Source: Acidobacteriota bacterium
GTDB taxonomy: Bacteria > Acidobacteriota > Blastocatellia > RBC074
Assembly (NCBI GenBank): GCA_016196035.1
Contig: JACPYM010000099.1
Coordinates: 869 to 64,868, forward strand
DNA length: 64,000 nucleotides
Direction: 5' to 3'
Shown here one piece after another: positions 9,038 through 18,086 of the stretch. The notes beneath the pieces are model-generated. The model worked only from the letters and a program-made list of their open reading frames with translations. It made no database searches and was not told the DNA's origin. Both the position numbers and the translations under genes were made by a program. Numbering within the stretch: the stretch's first letter is position 1; every line of letters starts with the position of its first letter.

Positions 9038-10366
9038 ATGCAGCAACCCACAAAGACGCTATCCCTTTGTCTCAAGCTTACTCTCACGGCCCTTTTCGGT
9101 TTTGGGGCCATCACGTATTGCTACTACGGACCATCCGCCGCCGCCTTTTCGGGCGGCCCGCCCGCCTCGCGCACGCTGGCGCCGGTGCTGGGCACGTTCC
9201 CGGTGGAGACCGCCTGTAACGCCTGCCATCAGTCGTTTCCCTTGAATAGTGGTCCGGGCGTACTCTCTATCAGTGGCCTGCCTGCGACGTACATGCCCAA
9301 TCAGGAAATCACCGTTACGGTGCGGGTCGCTCAGGCCGACCGTGGCCGCTATGGCTTTGAGGCACAAGTGCTCGACGATCAAGGCCGCAAAGCAGGTGAT
9401 TTGGTTGTCACGGATGCCGACCGCACCTCGCTCGTGGATGGCGCTGGCAATTTCGTAGGGCGGCAGTACATTCGTCACACGTTGGCCGGGGTTGCGCCCA
9501 ACGGCACGAATCAGAATAGTTGGAACTTCACTTGGAAGGCCCCAGTGCAAAGCGTGGGTCGCGTAACCTTCTTCGTCGCGGGCAACGCTGCAAATTTCAA
9601 TAGCGCGAACACGGGCGATTACATCTACACCACGAGCCAGAGCCTGCAACCGGCGGGCAGCATCGTGCTCGGTTCAGCCGCCAGTCTGGTGCAAACCGGC
9701 AATACGACAGCCGAAGGCATCGTCTCGATCTTCGGCACAGGTCTAGCGGATGCGATGGCGGCGGCGACCGTGCTGCCGCTGCCCACGACACTGGGCGGCG
9801 CGAGCGTGAAGGTGCGCGATTCTGGCGGAATGGAACGGAACGCCGGACTTTTCTTCGCGTCACCGCAACAAATCAACCTGCTGGTGCCCGCAGGCACGGC
9901 GGCGGGCATTGCCACCGTCACCGTGACACGCGGCACGTCCAGCCTGAACGCCACGATTCTGGTTGAAACGGTTGCGCCAACTCTTTTCACGGCGAATGCG
10001 AATGGCACAGGCGTTCCGGCTGCCGTGCTGGTACGACAGCGCGGCACGACACAAACCGTCGAGCCGGTCTTCCAGGGCGCGGCGGGCAATGCGCAGCCGT
10101 TGCCGATTGACTTAGGCCCCGAGGGCGATCAAGTTGTGCTCGTGCTATTCGGCAGCCAGTTTCGCGCCCGCACCGGCACGAACAACCGCGCCTTGCTCGG
10201 CGTCACAGACGCGACCGTCCAATTCGCTGGCGCACAGGGCGATCTGGTCGGCCTCGATCAAGCCAACATCCTCATTCCGCGCACATTGGTGGGTAGCGGT
10301 AACGTGAATGTCGGCTTAACCATTGATAATCGGCGCGCCAACTTGGTGACGATCAATATCAAGTAG
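9038..10366 (+). CDS. Secreted paralog 2: Cys-motif domain (TACNACH, CxxCH) plus Soli_cterm-like domain.
   Basis: ATG at 9038 with AGGAAGGA RBS and signal peptide MQQPTKTLSLCLKLTLTALFGFGA. Same two-domain architecture as 7521-8846. Confidence 0.8.
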   Translation: MQQPTKTLSLCLKLTLTALFGFGAITYCYYGPSAAAFSGGPPASRTLAPVLGTFPVETACNACHQSFPLNSGPGVLSISGLPATYMPNQEITVTVRVAQADRGRYGFEAQVLDDQGRKAGDLVVTDADRTSLVDGAGNFVGRQYIRHTLAGVAPNGTNQNSWNFTWKAPVQSVGRVTFFVAGNAANFNSANTGDYIYTTSQSLQPAGSIVLGSAASLVQTGNTTAEGIVSIFGTGLADAMAAATVLPLPTTLGGASVKVRDSGGMERNAGLFFASPQQINLLVPAGTAAGIATVTVTRGTSSLNATILVETVAPTLFTANANGTGVPAAVLVRQRGTTQTVEPVFQGAAGNAQPLPIDLGPEGDQVVLVLFGSQFRARTGTNNRALLGVTDATVQFAGAQGDLVGLDQANILIPRTLVGSGNVNVGLTIDNRRANLVTINIK

Positions 10367-10371
10367 GCGGG

Positions 10372-10437
10372 TTCAGAGTTCACGCTTCAACGTGTGCCTT
10401 CGACTTAGACACGCTGAAGCGTGAACTCTGAACACCT
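10372..10437 (+). terminator. Strong hairpin (gttcagagttcacgcttcaacgtg / cacgctgaagcgtgaactctgaac) after paralog 2, followed by a T-rich tract.
   Basis: Near-perfect inverted repeat of about 26 bp beginning 6 bp after the stop codon, then ctctttctt. Confidence 0.5.
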
Positions 10438-10655
10438 CTTTCTTGCAGGGCGCAAAACCAGCCTGGCGAATTGGTCGGCAGGATCATGCTTGCAAGCGCG
10501 CCCAGGCGCACGCTACACATAAAATCAGACCAGCACCGGTGTTGTTCGACTCAAACACCGGCAGTTTTATGGCTTTTCAATTTTTACTTTGGAGGTGAGA
10601 GCGTGACAGGGGCCCGGAGTAAGCATTCCAACACACTGCGCGCCAAATTCTTGCT

Positions 10656-11993
10656 ATGAAAATGTACCTGCTTAAATTTTCGATCATCGGCGGCTTTCTC
10701 GCCCTGGCGCTGTGTTTCGGCGTCACGGGCCGCAAAGTGAAAGCCAATCAGAGCGGCCCCCCTGCGCAACGCACCGGCGCACCCGGTGAACAGACCTGCG
10801 CGCTTTCCGGCTGCCACACCAGCTTTGCGCTCAACAGCGGTTCTGGTGTTTTAACGCTGACGGGGTTGCCGAGTGGCGGTTATACCGAAGGCCAGCAGAT
10901 CAGTCTGACCGTGACGCTTTCCCAACCAAACCGCCAACTCTATGGTTTTGAGATTACGGCACTCGATAGTCAGGGGCGGCGCGCAGGAACGCTTACCGTG
11001 ACTGACAATAACCGCACGCTGTTGCAAACCTCGGTGGTCAACGGCAACCTGCGCCAATACATCAGCCATAACTTTGGTGGTTCGGGGCCAAACGGTACGA
11101 ATCAAGGTTCCTGGAACTTTCGCTGGACCGCACCCGCGACCAGCACGGGCGCAGTGACGTTCTATTTCGCCGGCAATGCCGCCAACGGAAACGGTAGCGA
11201 AGACGGCGACTTTATTTATACCAGGAGCGCCGTGGTGCAACCGGGCGCCAGCGGCCCGCAAGCCTGCGCCACAATCTCGGCAGCCAGCTTTGCGCAGGGC
11301 GCATTTGCACCCGAAACCATCGTGGCGCTGTTTCCGACAGCGATGGCGAACCTGACGGGCGGCGCTTCGGCCAGTGCGACGACGATTCCGCTGCCAACCG
11401 AATTGGCGGGCGTGATGGTCAAGATCAGAGATGCGGCGGGCACCGAGCGCAATGCCCCTCTCTTTTTTGCGGCTGACGGCCAGATCAATTTCATGGTGCC
11501 GCTGGGTTCAGTGAATGGCGCGGCGACCGTGACAGTCATGCGCGGAACTACCGCAGTCGGCGCGGGCACGTTCAACATCGAGACCGTCTCGCCGGGTCTG
11601 TTCACCGCCAACGCGAACGGCCAGGGAGCGCCTGCCGCGCTGATCTTCCGGCAAACCGCTAGCGGGCAGCAATCGCAAGTGGCAGCGGCGGTGTTCAGTC
11701 AAGCCACCAATCGCTTTGAGCCGGTGCAGATTGATCTGGGGCCGGAAGGCGATGTCGTGCTTCTCATCGGATTTGGCACGGGCTTCCGCAACCGCACTTC
11801 GCTGAGCAACGTGAGTTGCACCATCGGCGGCACCAACGCCACCGTGGATTTTGCCAGCGCGCAAGGCGGCCTGGCTGGCTTGGACCAAACCAACATATTC
11901 ATCCCGCGCAGCCTGATCGGACGCGGGCTGGTTGACCTGGTGTTTCGAGTGGATGGGAAAACCGCCAACACCGTGCAATTGAATATCAAGTAG
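10656..11993 (+). CDS. Secreted paralog 3: Cys-motif domain (QTCALSGCH, CxxxxCH) plus Soli_cterm-like domain.
   Basis: ATG at 10656 with signal peptide MKMYLLKFSIIGGFLALALCFGVTG. Same architecture as paralogs 1 and 2, but the Cys-His motif has a 4-residue spacer. Confidence 0.8.
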   Translation: MKMYLLKFSIIGGFLALALCFGVTGRKVKANQSGPPAQRTGAPGEQTCALSGCHTSFALNSGSGVLTLTGLPSGGYTEGQQISLTVTLSQPNRQLYGFEITALDSQGRRAGTLTVTDNNRTLLQTSVVNGNLRQYISHNFGGSGPNGTNQGSWNFRWTAPATSTGAVTFYFAGNAANGNGSEDGDFIYTRSAVVQPGASGPQACATISAASFAQGAFAPETIVALFPTAMANLTGGASASATTIPLPTELAGVMVKIRDAAGTERNAPLFFAADGQINFMVPLGSVNGAATVTVMRGTTAVGAGTFNIETVSPGLFTANANGQGAPAALIFRQTASGQQSQVAAAVFSQATNRFEPVQIDLGPEGDVVLLIGFGTGFRNRTSLSNVSCTIGGTNATVDFASAQGGLAGLDQTNIFIPRSLIGRGLVDLVFRVDGKTANTVQLNIK

Positions 11994-12016
11994 GCTTAAC
12001 CGTGGCAAGCGAAGTA

Positions 12017-12059
12017 CTCACCTTGTAGTAACGAATAAATTCGTTACTACAAGGTGAGC
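12017..12059 (+). terminator. Perfect 20-bp stem hairpin (ctcaccttgtagtaacgaat aa attcgttactacaaggtgag) after paralog 3.
   Basis: Perfect inverted repeat with a 2-nt loop, followed by cttcattcg. Confidence 0.5.
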
Positions 12060-12081
12060 TTCATTCGCCAATAAACTCCAA

Positions 12082-13401
12082 ATGCGCGTTCTGAAACTTT
12101 CCCTCATCTGCACGTTCGTCATGCTGGCCGCAATCGGCTGGCACAACCAACGCGCGCGCGCCAGTTCCAGCGGCCCGCCCGCTTCGCACACGGGCGCGCC
12201 CAGCGAACCGACGTGCGCAATTTCGGGCTGTCACGGCTTCACCACCAACGATGGGCCGGGCACGCTGACGCTGACGGGTTTGCCGGAACTCGGCTACGCG
12301 CTCAACGAACAATACGACGTGACAGTCACGCTGACACAGGCGCAACGCGCGCTCTACGGTTTTGAAATGACGGCCATTGACGCCAATGGCCGCGCAGCCG
12401 GTCAATGGGACAATCTGGAGCCGCGCCGCATTGATTTGGTCAACAATCGCGTCGGCGCGAATACGCGTGTTTACGCCGGCCACACACAAGCAGGCACCGC
12501 GCCCAACGGGCCGAATCAGAGCAGTTGGGTGCTGCGTTGGAAAGCCCCCGCCACCAACATTGGCCGCGTCACCTTTTATGTCGTCGGCAATGCCGCTAAT
12601 GGCAACGGTGCAACGAGCGGCGATTTCATTTACACCATTAACCGCAGCATTCCGTTTTTTGTGGCCGCGCCACAAGCCGTCGCCACGGTTTCCGCCGCGA
12701 GCTTTGCACAGGGAGCGCTGGCCGGTGAAACCATCGCCGCGCTCTTTGCGCAAGGCGGCTTGTCCCTCGTGACGGTCGCCGCCACGACGACGCCGTTGCC
12801 GACCGTGTTGAGCGGCGTCACAGTGCGCGTCAAAGACGCCGCGAATGTCGAACGCGATGCGCGCCTGTTTTTTGTCTCGCCGCAACAAATCAACTTTCTG
12901 ACGCCACAAGGCACCAGCAACGGCACGGCAACCATTACCGTCTTGCGCGACAACAATCCGGTGGGGGCGGGCACGCTCAATATCGAGACCGTTGCGCCGG
13001 GTCTATTCGCGGCCAACGCCAACGGGCAAGGCGTTGCCGCCGCCGTGGTGTTGCGCGTCAAACCAGATGGCACGCAGAGCATTGAACCCATCGCGCGGTT
13101 CAATGCGGCCGCCAATCGCAATGAAGCGTTGCCGCTGGATTTCGGGCCGGAAAGCGACCGGCTCTTTCTGATTCTGTTCGGGACGGGGTTCCGCTTGCGC
13201 AGCGCGCTGGGCAATGTGAATTGCACCATCGGCGGCACAAACGCTGCCGTGGATTTCGCCGGTGCGCAGGGCGATCTGGCCGGACTCGATCAAGCCAACA
13301 TTCAATTGCCGCGCAGCCTGGCAGGCCGCAACGCCACGCTCGATCTGATCTTGCGCGCGGATGGCAAGGCTGCCAACACTGTGCAAATGGCGGTGAAGTA
13401 G
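12082..13401 (+). CDS. Secreted paralog 4: Cys-motif domain (PTCAISGCH, CxxxxCH) plus Soli_cterm-like domain.
   Basis: ATG at 12082 with signal peptide MRVLKLSLICTFVMLAAIGW. Same architecture as paralogs 1-3. Confidence 0.8.
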   Translation: MRVLKLSLICTFVMLAAIGWHNQRARASSSGPPASHTGAPSEPTCAISGCHGFTTNDGPGTLTLTGLPELGYALNEQYDVTVTLTQAQRALYGFEMTAIDANGRAAGQWDNLEPRRIDLVNNRVGANTRVYAGHTQAGTAPNGPNQSSWVLRWKAPATNIGRVTFYVVGNAANGNGATSGDFIYTINRSIPFFVAAPQAVATVSAASFAQGALAGETIAALFAQGGLSLVTVAATTTPLPTVLSGVTVRVKDAANVERDARLFFVSPQQINFLTPQGTSNGTATITVLRDNNPVGAGTLNIETVAPGLFAANANGQGVAAAVVLRVKPDGTQSIEPIARFNAAANRNEALPLDFGPESDRLFLILFGTGFRLRSALGNVNCTIGGTNAAVDFAGAQGDLAGLDQANIQLPRSLAGRNATLDLILRADGKAANTVQMAVK

Positions 13402-13648
13402 TTTAGACTGCCTTTGCACTTCAACTGACCTACTTACCTATTCGGCTCGCTGGGACTAAGAGCAACTCCACTGACGATCAACACATTCTTTTTTTAGCGC
13501 AGCGCCCCACAGGCAATGCCAATTTTGCAGCAAACGAGCGATGGCTGGGTTCCGGCCTGTCCTACTTCCACGCAGGACAGCCTGGCCTCCACCGTCACCC
13601 ACCACTGACAATTGAGCCACGGCTCAGAACAGCGAAAGGAATAGAACA

Positions 13649-15556
13649 ATGAGAAAAAGCGGTTTTATCGCATCCCTGGCAGCGTTCGCGTTGCTAATGC
13701 TGGCTTCGGCCTTTACCCCAGTGCAAGCTGAAGTCCTGATGGCCAATGTGCTGGGAACGCCACTCGCCGAAACACCACCGATTACCACTTTGAACGCTTC
13801 AGGCGGCTTCAACATCACCATCAACGTCACCCGCGATGCCGCCGGCAACATCACCGCCGGCACGATCACTTTCATCGCCCAGGTGCAGTTCCCCGGCAGC
13901 GTCAGCTTCAACGGCTTCCACATTCACGAAGGCGCGGCGGGCATCGCCGGCCCGGTGCGCTTCAACACCGGTTTGAGCGGCACCAATACCCGAGATTTTG
14001 CCAGCGGCGCAGGTCTGATCTTGCCCGACCCCGTCGTCGTGACCGATCTGGCGGCGTTGGCGCGGCTGCTCGCCAATCCAGCGGGCTTTTACGTCAACCT
14101 GCACTCGTCGGTGAATCCGGGCGGCGCGATTCGCGGCCAATTCACCACGTTGACCGAATCGCTCAGCAACACGGTCGCGATGACTGGGGCGCAAGAAGTT
14201 CCGCCCATCACCAACGCAGAAGCCAACGCCACTGGCACGGGCACGCTCACCTTCAACCCGACGCGTAACGCGCTGGGTGTGATCAATGGCGGCAACGTGA
14301 CTTTCACAGTGGATTACAACTTCCCCGGCGCAACCACTTTCACCGGACTACACATTCACGAAGGCCCGGCGGGCGCGGCGGCTGGCGTCGTAATCAATAC
14401 CGGTCTCAACGGCGCCGCCAGTGCGCTCGTTTCCCCCACGGGCAAAGGTTTGGTGAGCATCACGGTGCCCATCACCACCGCCGCGCAGATCGGCGCCTTG
14501 ACCCGCTTGATCGCAAACCCGACAGGCTTTTACGTCAATATACACACCACCCTTAACGGTGGCGGCGCGGTTCGTGGACAATTGACCAGCCTGAGCCGTC
14601 CGCCCGTCATCGCGCAAGTCAGCAAATATGTGCTGCCCACCGGCAATGCAAACGCCACTTTCGCGATGACTGTAACGGGGCTGGACTTGCTGAACCTGCT
14701 CGCCAGCACCGTCCAGATCAATGGTCAGACGGCCACGGCGGTGCCCGACGTGAATACCGGCCTGATCACCGTGACCGTGCCCGCCGCGTCGCTCGCCAAC
14801 GCCGGTGTGTTGAACGTGCAGGTCAAAGCCCCCAACGGCACACTCTCGCTGCCGCTGAACATTCCGGTCGTCCCGGCGGCTTCGCTCAACAGCCAGGCGG
14901 TGGCCGTGGTGGATTCCGCCAGCTTCCGCGCCGGCGCAGCGTCTGAAAGCATCGCCTCGGCGTTCGGCACCAAACTGGCGTCTACGTTTGCCACCGGGAC
15001 TGGCGCGGTCTTGCCGATTTCACTGGATGGCACGAGCGTTTACATCAACGGCGTCAATGCCCCGCTCTTCTTCGTCTCGCCGGGCCAGATCAACTTCGAG
15101 GTGCCGGTCAGCACCTTGAGCGGCCCCGGCGCCATCGTCATCGTCGCCAAAGACGGCACGGTGTCACAGGGGCAAATTCTCATCGGCGATATTTCGCCCG
15201 GCATCTTCACACGTCTGGCGAATGGGCAGGGCGCGCCGTCGGCAGTCGCGTCGAATGACAACGGCGTGACCTTCACCATCGTCATGAGCAATGCCGACGG
15301 CACGCCGGTCGAAATCTCCGCCGGCAACATCGCGGTGCTCTTCGGCACCGGTCTGCGCTTCAAAACTGGCGACGTGACCGCGACCGCAGGCGGCGTGACC
15401 GGCTCACCTTCCTTCGTCGGTGCGCAAGGCGGCCTCGTAGGTTTGGATCAGATCAACTTCACCATCCCGCAATCCCTGGCGGGCAAAGGTGAAATGGATT
15501 TGGTGCTTTCCCTTGACGGGAAACAAACCAATCCCGTGCGGATCAAGGTGAAATAA
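13649..15556 (+). CDS. Secreted protein with two CHRD domains, a middle region, and a C-terminal Soli_cterm-like domain.
   Basis: Signal peptide MRKSGFIASLAAFALLMLASA. Two copies of the CHRD signature (FHIHEG...FYVNLHSSVNPGGAIRGQF and LHIHEG...FYVNIHTTLNGGGAVRGQL). The C-terminal 220 aa are homologous to the C-termini of 7521-13401 and 57280-59610. Confidence 0.8.
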   Translation: MRKSGFIASLAAFALLMLASAFTPVQAEVLMANVLGTPLAETPPITTLNASGGFNITINVTRDAAGNITAGTITFIAQVQFPGSVSFNGFHIHEGAAGIAGPVRFNTGLSGTNTRDFASGAGLILPDPVVVTDLAALARLLANPAGFYVNLHSSVNPGGAIRGQFTTLTESLSNTVAMTGAQEVPPITNAEANATGTGTLTFNPTRNALGVINGGNVTFTVDYNFPGATTFTGLHIHEGPAGAAAGVVINTGLNGAASALVSPTGKGLVSITVPITTAAQIGALTRLIANPTGFYVNIHTTLNGGGAVRGQLTSLSRPPVIAQVSKYVLPTGNANATFAMTVTGLDLLNLLASTVQINGQTATAVPDVNTGLITVTVPAASLANAGVLNVQVKAPNGTLSLPLNIPVVPAASLNSQAVAVVDSASFRAGAASESIASAFGTKLASTFATGTGAVLPISLDGTSVYINGVNAPLFFVSPGQINFEVPVSTLSGPGAIVIVAKDGTVSQGQILIGDISPGIFTRLANGQGAPSAVASNDNGVTFTIVMSNADGTPVEISAGNIAVLFGTGLRFKTGDVTATAGGVTGSPSFVGAQGGLVGLDQINFTIPQSLAGKGEMDLVLSLDGKQTNPVRIKVK

Positions 15557-15560
15557 GCAA

Positions 15561-15680
15561 GTAGTCAGTAGGCAGTAGTCAGTAGGCAGTAGTAGCAAGC
15601 AGTCGGCGTGGCAACCCGCTTTCTGCCTGCTGCTACTGCCTACGCCGTTACGGCCTACGGCTACTGACTACTGACTACTC
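15561..15680. repeat. Heptamer-based (AGTAGTC/AGTAGGC) tandem repeats arranged as an inverted pair, forming a long hairpin between the CHRD gene and the symporter gene.
   Basis: gtagtcagtaggcagtagtcagtaggcagtagtagc at 15561-15596. Its inverted complement ctactgcctacg...ctactgactactgactact is at 15633-15679. Confidence 0.7.
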
Positions 15681-15687
15681 CCTCTCT

Positions 15688-17238
15688 ATGGCTCTCGCAA
15701 CCGTTCTCTGCATGTACGCCGCCTTCCTCGGCATCGGCATCTTGGCCGCGCGCAAGGCCAAAGACGGCACTTCGACCGATTTGCTGATTGCGGGCCGCGC
15801 CATGCCGCTGTGGCTGGCGGTGCTGACGATGACGGCGACCTGGGTGGATGGCGGATACCTGCTGGGCACGGTCGAAGGCACGTACAAAGCCAGTCTCACC
15901 TCCGGAGCGCAAGGCGGTCTCTGTTTCGGTCTCAGCCTGATTCTCGGCGGCCTGTTTTTCGCCCGGCGCATGCGCGCGTTGGAATTCACCACTCTGATTG
16001 ATCCCTTTGAAGCCCGCTTCGGCAAAGCCTGGGCGGCGGTGCTCTTCGTGCCCGCGCTGCTGGGCGAAGTGTTTTGGAGCGCCGAACTGCTGGTCGCCAT
16101 CGGCTCGACCTTCGGCGTGACGCTGGGGATGAAGCTGACCACGGCGATTCTCTTGTCGGCGCTCATCGTGACGGTCTACACCATGCTCGGCGGCATGTGG
16201 TCGGTGGCGTATACCGACGCCTTTCAACTCGGCCTGGTCGCGTTGGGATTGCTGGCCGCGCTGCCGCTGGTGTTTTATGCCGTGGGTGGATTCAGCCACG
16301 CCTGGACGGGTTACGTGGCGGCACGACCGGAAGGCGCTGCCTTGCTGCCACCGCTTCACTCAAGCGCCGTGTGGAGCGCGCCCGCCATCATCAATTGGTG
16401 GGATGTGAGCGTGATGCTGACGCTGGGCGGCATTCCGTGGAATTGCTATTTCCAGCGCGTGCTTTCGTGTCAAAGCCCGGCGCGCGCGCAACAACATTCG
16501 CTGCTGGCCGGGTTACTGACCATCGCCCTGACCGTACCGCCACTACTCTTTGGCATCGCGGCGTTTAGTTACCGCTGGCCGGCGGAATTGCTGGCACGCT
16601 TGCAGGCGCAACCCGCCGATGCACTGCCGCTGTTGTTTCAATACGTGACGCCGCCCCTGATCGGCGTGCTGGGCCTGGGTGCGATCATCGGCGCGGTGAC
16701 TTCGAGTTTCAGCGCATCCATCTTGTCGGCGGCTTCGATGTTCGCCTGGAATTGCTGCCACCGGCTGTTGCGGCCCGATCTGAACGCACGACAGATGACG
16801 CGGCTGATTCGCCTGGTCATCGTCGCGCTTGGGGCGCTCGCGGCGGTCATGGCGTTGAAGGTGCAAAGCGTGCAGGCGCTCTGGTTTTTCACCAGCGATT
16901 TGATTTTCGTACTGCTTTTCCCGCAACTGGTCTGTGCGTTGTTCGATCCGCAAGCCAATCGGATTGGCTCGATCACCGCCTTCAGCCTCTCGCTGGTGTT
17001 GCGGCTGGGCGGCGGCGAACCACTGTTCGGCCTGCCACCTTTCATTCCTTACCCTGAAATTTTTGCGGCCCTACTCCCGGGTTCAGTGCAAAGCTGGTAT
17101 AACGACGGCGCGCTACTCTTCCCATACAAAACGCTGGCGGCGCTGGTCGGATTGATCGCGCTGCCCCTGGTTTCGCGCCTGACCCAGCGTTGGGATCAGC
17201 CGCAACCGTTGCGCAATGTGGCCGCTGAAAAAGCCTGA
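15688..17238 (+). CDS. Sodium:solute symporter family transporter, CHT1-like high-affinity choline transporter type.
   Basis: 516-aa polytopic membrane protein. The N-terminal region LIAGRAMPLWLAVLTMTATWVDGGYLLGTVEG matches the SSS/CHT1 signature as I recall it (TMTATWVGGGY.NGTAE). The stop overlaps the next start (TGATG). Confidence 0.65.
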   Translation: MALATVLCMYAAFLGIGILAARKAKDGTSTDLLIAGRAMPLWLAVLTMTATWVDGGYLLGTVEGTYKASLTSGAQGGLCFGLSLILGGLFFARRMRALEFTTLIDPFEARFGKAWAAVLFVPALLGEVFWSAELLVAIGSTFGVTLGMKLTTAILLSALIVTVYTMLGGMWSVAYTDAFQLGLVALGLLAALPLVFYAVGGFSHAWTGYVAARPEGAALLPPLHSSAVWSAPAIINWWDVSVMLTLGGIPWNCYFQRVLSCQSPARAQQHSLLAGLLTIALTVPPLLFGIAAFSYRWPAELLARLQAQPADALPLLFQYVTPPLIGVLGLGAIIGAVTSSFSASILSAASMFAWNCCHRLLRPDLNARQMTRLIRLVIVALGALAAVMALKVQSVQALWFFTSDLIFVLLFPQLVCALFDPQANRIGSITAFSLSLVLRLGGGEPLFGLPPFIPYPEIFAALLPGSVQSWYNDGALLFPYKTLAALVGLIALPLVSRLTQRWDQPQPLRNVAAEKA

Positions 17239-17978
17239 TGTTCAAAAAGCTACTCGCCTGGTCTGCACATCTTTACACCGCGCTCGGCTTGGTTTGCGCG
17301 GCGGGCATCGCGCTGACAATCATTCGCGGCGGCGACGAAGCCTTCCGGCTGGCCTTTCTCTTGATGATCATTGCCACGGTGATTGACACGACCGACGGCT
17401 GGTACGCCCGCCGCGTGCGCGTCAAAGAAGTACTGCCCGGCTTTGATGGACGGCGGCTAGATGATCTGATTGATTTCCAAACCTACACCTGTTTGCCGTT
17501 GTTGCTGATCTGGCGCGCGCAGTTGTTGCCCGCCACACAACAGTGGTGGCTGTTGCTGCCGTTGCTGGCGAGCGCCTACGGCTTTTGCCAGGTCGCCGCC
17601 AAGACGGCTGACAATTACTTTCTCGGCTTCCCGTCGTATTGGAACATCGTCGCGTTGTATTTGTATTTGCTGCGGCTGCCGAGTGCATGGGCGCTGGCGT
17701 TGATCGTCGTGTTGGCGCTGCTGACCTTCGTGCCCTCGCGGTATTTGTACACGACGCGCGGCGGGCGTTTCGGCCTGCTGACCAATCTGTTCGGCAGCGC
17801 CTGGGCCATCGCGTTGCTGGTGCTGTTGTGGCAATGGCACGCTGCTCCACGCAGCCTCTTGCTGGGTTCGCTGAGTTTCCCAGTGTATTACCTGGGCCTG
17901 TCGTGGTGGATTTCAATTCAATACTGGTATCGCTGGCGGGCCGCCCGCGCTGTACAGCAGGCTGCCAGCCTGCTGTAA
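17238..17978 (+). CDS. pcs: CDP-alcohol phosphatidyltransferase family protein, phosphatidylcholine synthase (Pcs)-like.
   Basis: 246 aa with several TM segments. Motif DTTDGWYARRVRVKEVLPGFDGRRLDDLIDFQTY fits the CDP-OH phosphotransferase signature (DG..AR...G...D...D) and, from memory, the Pcs block ARKVQVKEVLP...LDNVIDY.TY. The size matches Pcs (about 240 aa). Confidence 0.6.
   Translation: MFKKLLAWSAHLYTALGLVCAAGIALTIIRGGDEAFRLAFLLMIIATVIDTTDGWYARRVRVKEVLPGFDGRRLDDLIDFQTYTCLPLLLIWRAQLLPATQQWWLLLPLLASAYGFCQVAAKTADNYFLGFPSYWNIVALYLYLLRLPSAWALALIVVLALLTFVPSRYLYTTRGGRFGLLTNLFGSAWAIALLVLLWQWHAAPRSLLLGSLSFPVYYLGLSWWISIQYWYRWRAARAVQQAASLL
17951..17977. repeat. REP-like palindrome tgtacagcaggctgccagcctgctgta (copy 3); overlaps the stop of the pcs-like gene.
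   Basis: Same core as 3547-3571. Confidence 0.8.
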
Positions 17979-18055
17979 CGATGGCGACTGCACCCCTAAG
18001 CCGCATCTGCTGTCAGGCATTGTAGCGAACACGATTCACTCCCTAACGACGACCG

Positions 18056-18080
18056 CAGCAGGCTGGCAGCCTGCTGTACA
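18056..18080. repeat. REP-like palindrome cagcaggctggcagcctgctgtaca (copy 4); between the convergent pcs-like and purE genes.
   Basis: Same core as 3621-3645. Confidence 0.8.
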
Positions 18081-18086
18081 AAACAC

